NCBI GenBank assembly: GCA_963422645.2 | Contig: CAXXVO010000014.1 | Location: forward strand, 160,001-224,000 | Direction of reading: 5' to 3' | Length of the DNA stretch: 64,000 nucleotides | Source: Alphaproteobacteria bacterium | GTDB lineage: Bacteria > Pseudomonadota > Alphaproteobacteria > UBA828 | In this document: piece by piece, positions 52,025 through 61,006 of the stretch | Layout: the number at the start of each line of letters is the position of its first letter | Position numbering within the stretch: the stretch's first letter is position 1 | Notes under the pieces: model-generated | Seen by the model: only the letters and a program-made list of their open reading frames with translations | Told to the model about the DNA's origin: nothing | The model's database searches: none | Position numbers and translations under genes: made by a program

Positions 52025-52707
52025 ACTTCTCCGGCTCATCCTGAGTATCGCTGTCCTCTCATCTTGTTCGCGACGCGGCGTTCATCATCCTCTCGCGCTC
52101 AAGAGAGTAGGCACCCCCGCGGCGTGGGGGCGTTGACGCAAAAGGAACTGGCTTGTTCCATAAGAGAGAGGGGGTACCTGGGCAGTTACCAAGAAACAGC
52201 GTTGGCGGAGCGGGAGGCGGTCCTGCTCGCCCGCGAGGCGGCGGCGACGGCCGACGACAGGCGCCGGGCGGCCGAGACGGCCATCGCGACCCATGTCGAA
52301 GCGGGTCGCGTCCTGCCCGGGGAGCGGGCGGCGCTGGTTGCGCTGCTCGCCGCGCTCGGCGAGGGCCAAGACAACGGCGACGAGGGCGCTGCAGGCGGGC
52401 ACGCCACCATCGCGTTTGCGTCGGCCTCGGGCGGCGAGGAGCGAATGCGGCCCGCCGCCATTCTGGAAAGATTCATCGAGGGCCTGCCCAGGCGCGTGGA
52501 TTACCGGACGCTCGCGGGCGGCCCGGTGCCGGGCGCGTCGGCGTTCGCGGGCAATGACGAGAATGCGGGCGAGGATAGCGAGCGAATCGCTGCCGAGGCC
52601 CGCGCGCTGATGACGGCGGAGGCGGAGAGGGGCGTGACCCTTACCCCCGCCGAGGCCGTCGACCGGGCGCGCGCCAAGCGCGGGCTCGGCATCGAAGGAG
52701 GAACGCA

Positions 52708-53064
52708 ATGAGTCATGTGTTGATGTGGCGGGCAGCGGACGCCGGCGGCGCCGTCTCCCCGCAGCGAATCGTCAAGTACGGCGACGCCGACGGCAAGGTG
52801 GTGCAATCCGCCGCGGCCGAGGACGCCCACATCGGGGTCTCCGGCCGGGCGTCCGCAGCCTTGGGCGGGCGTATTGAGATCGCCCGCACCGGCATCGCCG
52901 ACATCGAATACGGCGCCAACGTCGCGCGGGGCGCGCTGCTCACCGCCGATGGCGACGGCAAGGCGGTGACCGCTGCCGACGGCAACCGTGTCATCGGCAT
53001 CGCCGAGGTTTCCGGCGCCGCCGGCGACATCGGCCAAGTGCTGCTCGCCCCCGGCCTTCACTAA
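52708..53064 (+). CDS. Capsid cement/head decoration protein (DUF2190-like)
   Basis: Gly/Ala-rich 118 aa (GALLTADGDGKAV...IGIA...GAAGDI) between protease and capsid genes; RBS GGAGG. Confidence 0.8.
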   Translation: MSHVLMWRAADAGGAVSPQRIVKYGDADGKVVQSAAAEDAHIGVSGRASAALGGRIEIARTGIADIEYGANVARGALLTADGDGKAVTAADGNRVIGIAEVSGAAGDIGQVLLAPGLH

Positions 53065-53074
53065 GGGAAACACC

Positions 53075-54049
53075 ATGGATCTGCACACCGATCAACTCGC
53101 TTCCGGCCCCTACGAGGTCCAGACCCGGCTCACGCAGATCGCGCAGGCGGCGGTGCCGTCCGGCCTGATCGCCGACGATGTCTGCCCGCGCGTCCGCACC
53201 GGCTTCAAGTTCACCTACACCACGCTTGCCGAGGAGGACCTGCTCACCATTCCGGACGTGCGGGCTTCCCGCGCCGCGCGCCTCAATCAGGTCGAGTTCG
53301 GCGCGACGGACACCACCGCGAGCGTGGTCGATTACGGCCTCGAGGACCCGGTTCCCTCCCGGGATATCGAAGAAGCCCGGGCCCAGGAGGTCGCCTACGA
53401 CCCGCTGGAACAGGCCGCGATTTCCACGGCCGAGCTGGTGAAGCTCGCCCGCGAGCGGCGCGTGGCCGACCTGGTGACCACCGCGTCCAACTATGCCGCC
53501 AGCCACTCCACCACGCTCAACGGCAACGCGCAGTGGAGCCACGCCAGCTCCAATCCGCGCAAGGCGATTCTGGAGGCCCTCGACGTGCCGCTGGTCCGCC
53601 CCAACACGCTGGTGTTCGGGCAGAAGGTGTGGACCGCGCTGCGTCAGTACCCGAAGATCGTCGAAGCGGTGACCGCCACCGGCGCCGGCGACCAGGCCTC
53701 CGGCATCGTGGTGAAGGAGGCCGTGGCCGAGCTCTTCGAGGTCGACCGCGTGCTCGTCGGCATGGCCTGGTACCAGAGCGCCAAGCGCGGCCAGGAGGAC
53801 AGCTTCGCCCGCCTCTGGGGCAAGCACGCCTGTGCAATCCACGTGCGCCGCGACATGGCGTCGCCCCGCGACCGCATGCCGAAATTCTGCTGGACCGCCG
53901 ATGCTCTCGGCGGGCTGCAAGTCGGCACCTATGAAGAGCCGGCGCGCGGCGTCAATCGGGGCTCGATCGTCGTCAAGGTCAGCGAGTGCGTCAAAGAACT
54001 CGTGGCCTACAACCGCGCCGGCTACCTCTGGCGCAGCGCGGTGGCCTGA
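53075..54049 (+). CDS. Phage major capsid protein (HK97-fold, Mu-like siphophage type)
   Basis: 324 aa; LT.IA, IAD.V.PRV, L.RE.RVA.LV, QWS...SNP, PNTLV.G..VW..L..P, C-terminal AGYL...AVA; position after protease and cement. Confidence 0.82.
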   Translation: MDLHTDQLASGPYEVQTRLTQIAQAAVPSGLIADDVCPRVRTGFKFTYTTLAEEDLLTIPDVRASRAARLNQVEFGATDTTASVVDYGLEDPVPSRDIEEARAQEVAYDPLEQAAISTAELVKLARERRVADLVTTASNYAASHSTTLNGNAQWSHASSNPRKAILEALDVPLVRPNTLVFGQKVWTALRQYPKIVEAVTATGAGDQASGIVVKEAVAELFEVDRVLVGMAWYQSAKRGQEDSFARLWGKHACAIHVRRDMASPRDRMPKFCWTADALGGLQVGTYEEPARGVNRGSIVVKVSECVKELVAYNRAGYLWRSAVA

Positions 54050-54052
54050 TTC

Positions 54053-55222
54053 ATGGCGATACTCTCCTCCGCACGCCTTTCTACCGCGCGCGCGGTAGCG
54101 CGCGACCCGGCTCGACCGCCCGATCACCTGTGCGGGCTCGGCTACTCGCCGGCGGATCGGCACCAGAGCGCGGCCGAGGGCGAGGTCTGCCGGCACGCCG
54201 AGCGCCTGCTGAACATGGTCCACGCCTATTGCAAGATTCGCGATTCGTGGACCGGGTGGCTGCGCGGCGACGCCATGAGCCGCACCCTCTACGAGCGGAT
54301 CGTGCCCGAGATGCGTGCGCTCCGCGACGCCGAGCGGCGCATCGTGGAGACGCCGAGCGTGACCCTCCTTGCAGTGCTCGACTATGCCGCCCGCGCACGC
54401 AAGGCGGTGCCGGCCTACACGCTCCGCAAGACCATCGACTATCCGCAGCCGCCTGTCCCGGATGCGGTGCGGAAAGCCTGCGAGCGGATGAGCGCGGACG
54501 CCGAGCAGGCCGCGCTTGCCGCCCGCCAGGTGAGTGCCCGCGCCTATGCAGCCCGAATGACGCAGGCGATCGAGCGCGAGCGGGCGGAGGAGGCGCGCCG
54601 TCAGCAAGCGATGGCCGACGCCGGCGTGTCTGAGTCGCCAGAGGATTCCAAACGAGCGCAATCCGCACTGGAGGCGCGGATCGCGGTCTATGAAGGCGAG
54701 CGGCAACGCGCCCTCGCGGATGCCGGGCTCGGCTCGGATGGCGAGGCTGTGGACAAGGAGGCCGCGGCAACGGAGTCGCCGGTGCCGGAGGCGGGCTCGA
54801 CCGTCACCTGGCGGGTCGTCTCGCGCGGCTGGCGCAAGACCGTGCTCGAGCCGACTCCGGAGACCGCGCCGGCGTTCGCGCGCCGGCTGGTCCTGATCGA
54901 TCGCGGCGCGCGCGGCGGCACGCTGCGTGCGTTCGGCGAGCCCGATCTCGACGGGCGGCGTGAGACCATCAACGGCGTCCCCGTCCGCTTCGCTCACCGG
55001 GCCTCCCTCGCCGCGCGCCTTCGGCGCGACCGTGATCGCTTCAAGGTCTCACTCACTCCCACCCAAGTCCGGGAGTTGCGGGGTCACGCGCGTCGTCGAC
55101 GTGGCCTTCGCCGCCCGCCGGACGCGCGTCGGCCGGGGCGTCATGGTCGAGCTGGAGGCGACGCTCACCGTCGCCGGCGACTGGCGCGGCGCCACGCTCC
55201 GCGCCGGCCCGAGCTTCGATGA
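54053..55222 (+). CDS. Hypothetical protein with coiled-coil region; 3' end probably a fusion or frameshift near 55050-55090
   Basis: ATG 3 nt after the capsid stop; residues after ~55085 are an off-frame reading of the next gene. Confidence 0.5.
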   Translation: MAILSSARLSTARAVARDPARPPDHLCGLGYSPADRHQSAAEGEVCRHAERLLNMVHAYCKIRDSWTGWLRGDAMSRTLYERIVPEMRALRDAERRIVETPSVTLLAVLDYAARARKAVPAYTLRKTIDYPQPPVPDAVRKACERMSADAEQAALAARQVSARAYAARMTQAIERERAEEARRQQAMADAGVSESPEDSKRAQSALEARIAVYEGERQRALADAGLGSDGEAVDKEAAATESPVPEAGSTVTWRVVSRGWRKTVLEPTPETAPAFARRLVLIDRGARGGTLRAFGEPDLDGRRETINGVPVRFAHRASLAARLRRDRDRFKVSLTPTQVRELRGHARRRRGLRRPPDARRPGRHGRAGGDAHRRRRLARRHAPRRPELR

Positions 55223-57281
55223 CCTATCCGTGGTCGCGCGCCTCGTCGACGGCGCCACCGTGGCCCGCTGGCTGGTGCCGCCCGACACCGGCCAGGCGGT
55301 CGAGATCGTGCCCGGCACCGAGGCCGCGCCCGCCGGCCCGCGCTTCCGCACCACCTGGATGCTGGACGCCGGCCCCGCGCCGGACCCGCCCACCGATTTT
55401 GCGGTGCAAGAGGCGGCGGACGGCACCCGCGTCTATAGCTGGCCCCCGCCCGAGGCGCCGGACCTCGAAGGCGTGGTTATCCGCTACGCCGCCGCCGCCG
55501 GCACCGCGTGGGCCGCCATGACGCCGCTGCACGCGGGCTTCCTCACCGCCTCGCCTCACGAGACCCTTGAGCCGCCCGCCGGAACCTGGACTTTCGCCGC
55601 GCGCGCGGTCTCGACCTCGGGCGCGGAATCGGCCTCCGCCACGGTGCGCGTCACCCTCGGCGGCCAGCGCGTCGGCGGCCAGAGCTGGCACGTCGGCTCG
55701 GGTCCGCCCGATGCGGCGCTCGGCGACGACGGCGACCTCTATCTCAACACCGACGATTCCACGATCTGGCGCAAGGCCGGCGGCGCCTGGTCGCAGATCG
55801 CCGACCTCGCGGGCGCCGACGGCTCGCTCTGGTACACCGGCGCAGGGCTGCCGTCCACGGTCATCGGCGAGGACGGCGACTGGTACTTCCGCACCGCCAA
55901 CGCGGGCATCTATCGCAAGGTCGGCGGCTCCTGGGTATTCCAGCTCGATATCGACGGCGCCGACGGCGCCACCTGGCATTCCGGCGTGGGCGTTCCGGGC
56001 CCGATGCTCGGCCGGGTCGGCGACTGGTACTTCCGCACCGACAACGGCTTCGTCTACGAGAAAACCGGGGCGGCGGTCTGGACCTTCCGCCGCGATATCA
56101 CCGGGCCGCAGGGCATCGCCGGCGCCACCTGGCACTCGGGCCCGCGCGACCCGAGCACGGTGATCGGCAGCGACGGCGACTTCTACCTGCGCACCGCCAA
56201 CTCGACCGTCTGGCAGAAGGCCGGCGGCACCTGGTCGCAGATCGCCGACCTCGCGGGCGCCGACGGTGCGCGCTGGTTCACCGGCGCAGGCCTGCCCTCG
56301 ACGGTCATCGGCGCCGACGGCGACTGGTACTTCCGCACCTCCAACGCCGGCATCTATCGCAAGGTCGGCGGCTCCTGGGTATTCCAGCTCGATATCGACG
56401 GCGCGGACGGCGCGCTCTGGCACGGCGGCACCGGGACGCCCTCCACGGCCATCGGCCGGGTCGGCGACTGGTACTTCCGCACCGACAACGGCTTCGTCTA
56501 CGAGAAGACCGCCGCTGCGGTCTGGACCTTCCGCCGCGATCTCACCGGGCCGCAGGGCACGCCAGGCACCGAGGGCCCGGCCGCGAGCCGGGGGCCCAAC
56601 GTCTACCACTACCAGATATCGCTCGCCGACTACGCCCTGCTCCAGGCCGGGCCGGCGGCGCTGCCGGCCTCGCTCGTCGCCATCGCCAACAGCGCCACCC
56701 TCGGCGAAAACGTGCACGGCGACTGGATCAGGTTCTGGCGACCGGGCTTCAACTCGTGGTGGACCTGGGTCGGCCCGTCCTCGGAGTGGCGCATGGCCGA
56801 GGAGTGGATTGGCGCCGCCGACATCGCGGCGGTGCGCATCCAGGCGATCACCGGCGACTTTCGCGACATCAATGTCACCGGCACGCTCTCGGCCGAGCAC
56901 ATCGACGCCGACGTGCGCAACGTCAAGGTGCTCTGGAGCCATAGCGTCGGCGTGAGCGTCGAGACCGCAGGCTACACCGCCACGCTTTCCGACCCGCCGA
57001 CCGACTACGACTATCTGGAGTTCGTGCTGGAGGAGCTCAACCCGCAAATCTCGCCCTTCGGCCTCGCCTCGATCCCGGTGCCGCACATCCACGTGGGCGC
57101 CACCTTCGACAACGACTCCGCCATCGCCTACGCCATCGCGCGCGGTGCAGGCGAGGCGGACGGCCCGACCCTGCTGATCCGCCGGCCCTCGTCCACCAGC
57201 CGCGATCTGGCCCTCCAGGCGACCACGGCCTCGACCGGCGGCGCCCTGCACGGCGTCATCGGCGTCAGGGAGGTCGATTGA
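55080..57281 (+). CDS. Phage host-specificity/fibre-like protein with FN3 domain and six Trp-rich repeats (5' end unclear)
   Basis: PDPPTDF...SW......IRY......W.FAARAVSTSG.ES (FN3); W.G.G.P....G..GDWY.RT....Y.K....W repeats; GPQG collagen-like joints. Confidence 0.7.
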   Translation, partial: GVTRVVDVAFAARRTRVGRGVMVELEATLTVAGDWRGATLRAGPSFDDLSVVARLVDGATVARWLVPPDTGQAVEIVPGTEAAPAGPRFRTTWMLDAGPAPDPPTDFAVQEAADGTRVYSWPPPEAPDLEGVVIRYAAAAGTAWAAMTPLHAGFLTASPHETLEPPAGTWTFAARAVSTSGAESASATVRVTLGGQRVGGQSWHVGSGPPDAALGDDGDLYLNTDDSTIWRKAGGAWSQIADLAGADGSLWYTGAGLPSTVIGEDGDWYFRTANAGIYRKVGGSWVFQLDIDGADGATWHSGVGVPGPMLGRVGDWYFRTDNGFVYEKTGAAVWTFRRDITGPQGIAGATWHSGPRDPSTVIGSDGDFYLRTANSTVWQKAGGTWSQIADLAGADGARWFTGAGLPSTVIGADGDWYFRTSNAGIYRKVGGSWVFQLDIDGADGALWHGGTGTPSTAIGRVGDWYFRTDNGFVYEKTAAAVWTFRRDLTGPQGTPGTEGPAASRGPNVYHYQISLADYALLQAGPAALPASLVAIANSATLGENVHGDWIRFWRPGFNSWWTWVGPSSEWRMAEEWIGAADIAAVRIQAITGDFRDINVTGTLSAEHIDADVRNVKVLWSHSVGVSVETAGYTATLSDPPTDYDYLEFVLEELNPQISPFGLASIPVPHIHVGATFDNDSAIAYAIARGAGEADGPTLLIRRPSSTSRDLALQATTASTGGALHGVIGVREVD
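55686..56573 (+). repeat. 444-bp tandem duplication (ABC-ABC arrangement of ~48-aa repeats)
   Basis: TCGCAGATCGCCGACCTCGCGGGCGCCGACGG at 55791 and 56235. Confidence 0.9.
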
Positions 57282-57978
57282 TGGACACCAGAGCACTCCA
57301 GGCGGCGCTCGCGCACTTGGGGCTCGCGCTGCCTTACGGCCTGTTGCCGGGCAGCTATCCCGGCGGCGTGGTCGAGGTCGCGGCCGATGCGGAGACCTGG
57401 GCGGCCTACCGGTGGAACCCGCCCGAGTACATGCGCGCCGGCGCGCTCTACCGGATCGGCCCCTGGCGCGCGCTTCGCCTGGTGGCGCACACGCGCAATC
57501 CGGGCGCCCTTTACAACGAGTTCGCCTATCTCGACGCGGGCTTCGCGGCCGGGCCGCCGGCGCCGCCGGCCCTGCCTGCGCCCACCGGGGCGGATGCGCT
57601 GCCTGGCGGCTGGAGCGCCTTGCCTGAGGCCTTCCCGGCCTGGTCGATCGCGCGCCGCGTCCACCGCGTGCCGGCCGCGCCGCCCGCCTCGGCGCGCTCC
57701 CGGCCGCGCTGATCCGGCGCGCCAACGCGCAAGCGCGCGCCCGTATCGCCACGGCCTACGTCGGCACGCCAAACCGGATCGAGGAGATCACCTGGCGCTT
57801 GAACGGCCGCGCGACGGCGGCGCAGGATGCGGAGCGGGCGCGACTCGTGGCGGCCTGCCATGCGCTGGAGCGGCGCATCGGCAGAGCGGCGACGATCGAG
57901 GCGCTGGAGGCGATCGACGTGAGCAGCGATGCGGCATGGACGGCGGACGATGGAGGGAACGATGGCAACGAAAGGTAA
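57281..57978 (+). pseudogene. Putative fibre assembly/chaperone-like protein, frameshifted near 57690
   Basis: ORF 57281-57712 continues in another frame ending ...LERRIGRAATIEALEAIDV...W, reminiscent of DUF4376-type C-termini. Confidence 0.45.
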
Positions 57979-58198
57979 GGCGGCGAGCCTCGCCGATCAG
58001 CTTGAGGGCGCTCGGGTCTATCTTGAGCAGGCGGCCGCCCGCGTGGCCGGGCTGGAGGCGGCGGACGCACCGGGCCGCGGCGATCTGACCATGATCGAGG
58101 TCGCCCGCGACGAGGCGCGCGAGGCCGCAAAGCTCATGCAGCGGGTCCACGGGCGCGCCACCCGAGCGGCCGCGAAGGCAGCGCAAGCGGGCGCGTGA
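57962..58198 (+). CDS. Small helical hypothetical protein (78 aa)
   Basis: RBS GGAGG, ATG, high-GC3 codon usage. Confidence 0.6.
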   Translation: MATKGKAASLADQLEGARVYLEQAAARVAGLEAADAPGRGDLTMIEVARDEAREAAKLMQRVHGRATRAAAKAAQAGA

Positions 58199-58293
58199 GG
58201 GTGGCGTGATTTCGCGCCCGCGACCTGGTTTGCCGCGCGCACGACCCTTCGGGCGTGCGCGACTCAGGCGCGGGCGACACGGGCGTACGCGAC

Positions 58294-58340
58294 ATCCCAC
58301 TTATCCCACTTGAATCCCACTTATCCCGGGAATCCCACCA
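58294..58340. repeat. Five ATCCC(ACTT) direct repeats, iteron-like
   Basis: ATCCC at 58294, 58303, 58314, 58323 and 58332. Confidence 0.75.
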
Positions 58341-58403
58341 AAATATGTGTGGCCTTCGCATGCTCCCGGGCGCGCCCATCCAAAGACGGACGCGCCCTAT
58401 CAT

Positions 58404-58790
58404 TCAGGCCACCGCGACGGCATCGATCTCGATCTTCCACTCCGGCCGAACCAGGCCGGCTACGACGATGGTGGTCGATGCGGCCTTGTGGTCGGCACCG
58501 AGGTGTTCTTTGCGTGCGGCCCCGAGCAGCGGCACGTAGTCGGCGTCCAGCATGTAGGTGATGGTTCGCACGACGTTGGCCGTGGTCATGCCGGCGTCGG
58601 TGAGCACGGCCTCGATGTTGCGCCAGACGCACTCGATCTGCGCCGCCACGTCGTCGGGCACGGTGCCGTCGGGGGCGACACCGACCTGCCCCGATACGTG
58701 CAGCAGGCGCGATACGTTGACCGCCTCGACGCCGTGGTCGTAGTGCCCGAAGGGTGGCGCGATCTCGGCCGGGTTATAGGTCTTGAACAC
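58404..58790 (-). CDS. RidA/YjgF family protein
   Basis: LHVSGQVG, NIEAVL..AGM....VV, ASTTIVV.GL..PEWKIEIDAVA. Confidence 0.9.
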   Translation of the reverse strand: MFKTYNPAEIAPPFGHYDHGVEAVNVSRLLHVSGQVGVAPDGTVPDDVAAQIECVWRNIEAVLTDAGMTTANVVRTITYMLDADYVPLLGAARKEHLGADHKAASTTIVVAGLVRPEWKIEIDAVAVA

Positions 58791-58869
58791 GGTGGCCTCC
58801 TGTCGCTGTCGTGCGAGATGTTGGCATCGTCCATCGCCGAAGCCGAGACCCTTCGACTGGGGCGAGCGG

Positions 58870-59451
58870 TCAGGCGGCCTTCCGCGGCCCTATGGGACAA
58901 TGCGCCTCGCGCTCTACCAGGTCGTAGACGAAGAGGAACTTGGCGATGCCCGTGAGTACCGCGGCCACCATGCCGAGCTCGAAGATCTCCCCGTCGTCGA
59001 AGTGCGCCGAGAGATCGGCGTGGAGGGCGGGTATGAGCTGCCCCTCCATGTTGGGAAGCACCATCTCGGCACCGAGACGCAGCACCGCGCGCTCCTGCTC
59101 GGAGAAGACGTCGCTCGCGTCGTTCATGATGTTGTCGAGCTGGGCGTCGGTGACGCCCGCGCGCCGTGCGGCCTCGACGTTCCCCTTGTTGCAAAACGCG
59201 CAGCCGTGGGTCATCGAGAGCCGGTAGCGCAGCAGCTCCTTGATTCTGACCTCGACGCGGCCGCCGTAGAAGACGCCCTCGTAGAAGCTCTTGAAGTACC
59301 ACTCGAGCATGTGAGGCGCGTTGGCGCCGATCTCGAAGAAGGTCGCGTCGCCGCCCTTGCTCTCCTGCAGCGCGCGACTCTCCTGGTATGCCGCGCGCAG
59401 CCATCCATCCATGGCCTCCGGCGCGACCTTCTGTAGCAACGGATTGGGCAC
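58870..59451 (-). CDS. Carboxymuconolactone decarboxylase/AhpD-like protein
   Basis: KEL.R.R.S..HGCAFC motif; GTG start with GAGGAG. Confidence 0.85.
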   Translation of the reverse strand: MPNPLLQKVAPEAMDGWLRAAYQESRALQESKGGDATFFEIGANAPHMLEWYFKSFYEGVFYGGRVEVRIKELLRYRLSMTHGCAFCNKGNVEAARRAGVTDAQLDNIMNDASDVFSEQERAVLRLGAEMVLPNMEGQLIPALHADLSAHFDDGEIFELGMVAAVLTGIAKFLFVYDLVEREAHCPIGPRKAA

Positions 59452-59518
59452 AATCTCCTCCTTTAGGTTCTCGTCGTCACCCGCGCGCTTCGACCATGGC
59501 ACTGGTGAGAAATGCGGT

Positions 59519-60171
59519 CTAGTCGTCCGCCTCCTTCAGGGCGGCAATGACTTCGTCCGGCTCGGCCCGCGTGGTGTAGTCCGCATCGACGAAGGCCTTG
59601 AGCACCTTGCCGCCCTTGCCGATGACGAAGGTGGCCGAGGCACCGGCAGGGTCTGGCTCGCCTCTCCGTTGGAGGCCTCCAGGTCGATGCCGAACCCCTT
59701 GTAAAGCTCGCTAACCGCGTCGGGCAGGCGGAAGCTGAGGCCGAAGGCGCTCGCCACCCGGTTGCCGTTGTCGCTCAGCACGTCGAAGCCGATCTCGTTC
59801 TTCTTCTGCGTGGTGAGCGCGTTGTCCGGCGTCTCCGGCGTGATGGCGACCAGGCGCGCGCCGAGCGCCTCGATCTCCGGCAGCCGATCCTGCAGCGCCT
59901 TCAGCTCGATGTTGCAATAGGGGCACCAGCCGCCGCGATAGAAGGAGACCACGGCAGGCCCGTCCCCCCACAGCGCCTCGGAGGCGACCGGCTCGCCGTG
60001 CGCGTTGGGCAGCGAGAAATCCGGGGCGGCGCTGCCCTCGCTCGTGCTTCGCTCGGCGATGCCGGACGCGATGAGGTCCTTCGTCGCCCCCTGCATGGTG
60101 GCAAGGGTCTCAGGCGGAAACCTCTCCGCGGAAGCGGCCCGCAGCTTGGCCAGTTCGTCCTTCAGTGACAT
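59519..60171 (-). CDS. Peroxiredoxin-like (AhpC/TSA) protein with frameshift at ~59638
   Basis: APDFSLPN, FYRGGWCPYCN; LPVP continues as ATFVI...DYTTRAEP in another frame. Confidence 0.85.
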
Positions 60172-60441
60172 GTGCTCAACCTCCCTCGATTTTCGTTTGA
60201 ATGCATTGCGTTGTCAGCGTCCCTTCAAGCAGCAATTGGGCATAGAAGTCCAGGCCCAAGCGGCGCGCTTGGATGACCCGCGCTCGGCCCTTTCGCCCAC
60301 CCCGCGAGCGGTTGCGCGGGCCCGGTGAGTGTGATACCACTCGCCAGCCTTGTCCGGGACGGACGCCCGCGAGGCTTTTTTTGCGGCCGCTCCGCGGGCC
60401 AAATTGCGGGCGTGGCAGCTCATCCGGGGCAGACCTAGGGA

Positions 60442-61005
60442 GTGGCGGTGGCTGGTCAATCGGTCGGCGGAGCCGGTCTCGCGGATCGTTACGCGACCGC
60501 GTTATTCGAGCTCGCCCTGGAGCGCAATGCGGTCGAGGAGATCGAGCGCAACCTTGAGGCCACCCGCGAGCTGGTGGAGGGCAGCGACGACCTGAATCTC
60601 GTTGTTCGCAGCGTGACGCTCTCGCGCGCTGAGCAGGCCAAGGCGCTGGACGCGGTGCTGGAGCGGCTCGGAACCAGCCAATACGTCAGGAACTTCGTCG
60701 CGCTGCTCGCGCGCAACCGACGGGTCTTCCTCTTGACCGACATGATCGCGGCGTTTCAGGCGAAGCTCGCCGATCATCGTGGCGAGGTGTCGGCTGAAGT
60801 CACCTCCGCCGTGCCGCTCAAGGCCAATCACGTGGAAGCGGTGAAGGACGCCCTGCGCAACATCGTCGGCCGCGACGTGACGCTCGAGACCCGCGTCGAT
60901 CCCTCGTTGATCGGCGGGCTCACGGTGCGCGTCGGCTCGCGCATGCTCGACAACTCGCTCAGAACAAAGTTGCAGAATCTCGAATTGGCGATGAAGGAAA
61001 TCTGA
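60442..61005 (+). CDS. atpH: ATP synthase F1 delta subunit
   Basis: [34 protein letters not shown]. Confidence 0.96.
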   Translation: MAVAGQSVGGAGLADRYATALFELALERNAVEEIERNLEATRELVEGSDDLNLVVRSVTLSRAEQAKALDAVLERLGTSQYVRNFVALLARNRRVFLLTDMIAAFQAKLADHRGEVSAEVTSAVPLKANHVEAVKDALRNIVGRDVTLETRVDPSLIGGLTVRVGSRMLDNSLRTKLQNLELAMKEI

Positions 61006-61006
61006 G

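Larger units (their letters stand above)
49682..52189 (+). mobile_element. IS66-family element carrying a DNA adenine methyltransferase (copy B, intact, 2508 bp)
   Basis: TIRs GTAACTACCCAGGTACCCC / GGGGTACCTGGGCAGTTAC (18/19); 8-bp TSD CAAGAAAC (49674-49681, 52190-52197). Confidence 0.95.
48987..52711 (+). pseudogene. Mu-like prohead protease/scaffold (gpI-like), interrupted by IS66-MTase (pieces 48987-49681 and 52198-52711)
   Basis: WI.I.RAG, APVVVGHP..NAPAYGWV, GRY..RSI, LRHLGFLG...PAV.GL; frame rejoins as MNDQET|ALAEREA after TSD removal. Confidence 0.85.

Noticed and set aside
55686-56573. DGR template/variable repeat pair in the fibre gene
   Set aside because: Both copies are in-frame coding, differences are not adenine-specific, and there is no reverse transcriptase in the window
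43268-58338. GGAATCCCAC at 43268 and 58329 as attL/attR of the island
   Set aside because: Only 10 bp, the left copy lies inside the DUF4238 coding start, and there is no integrase or tRNA
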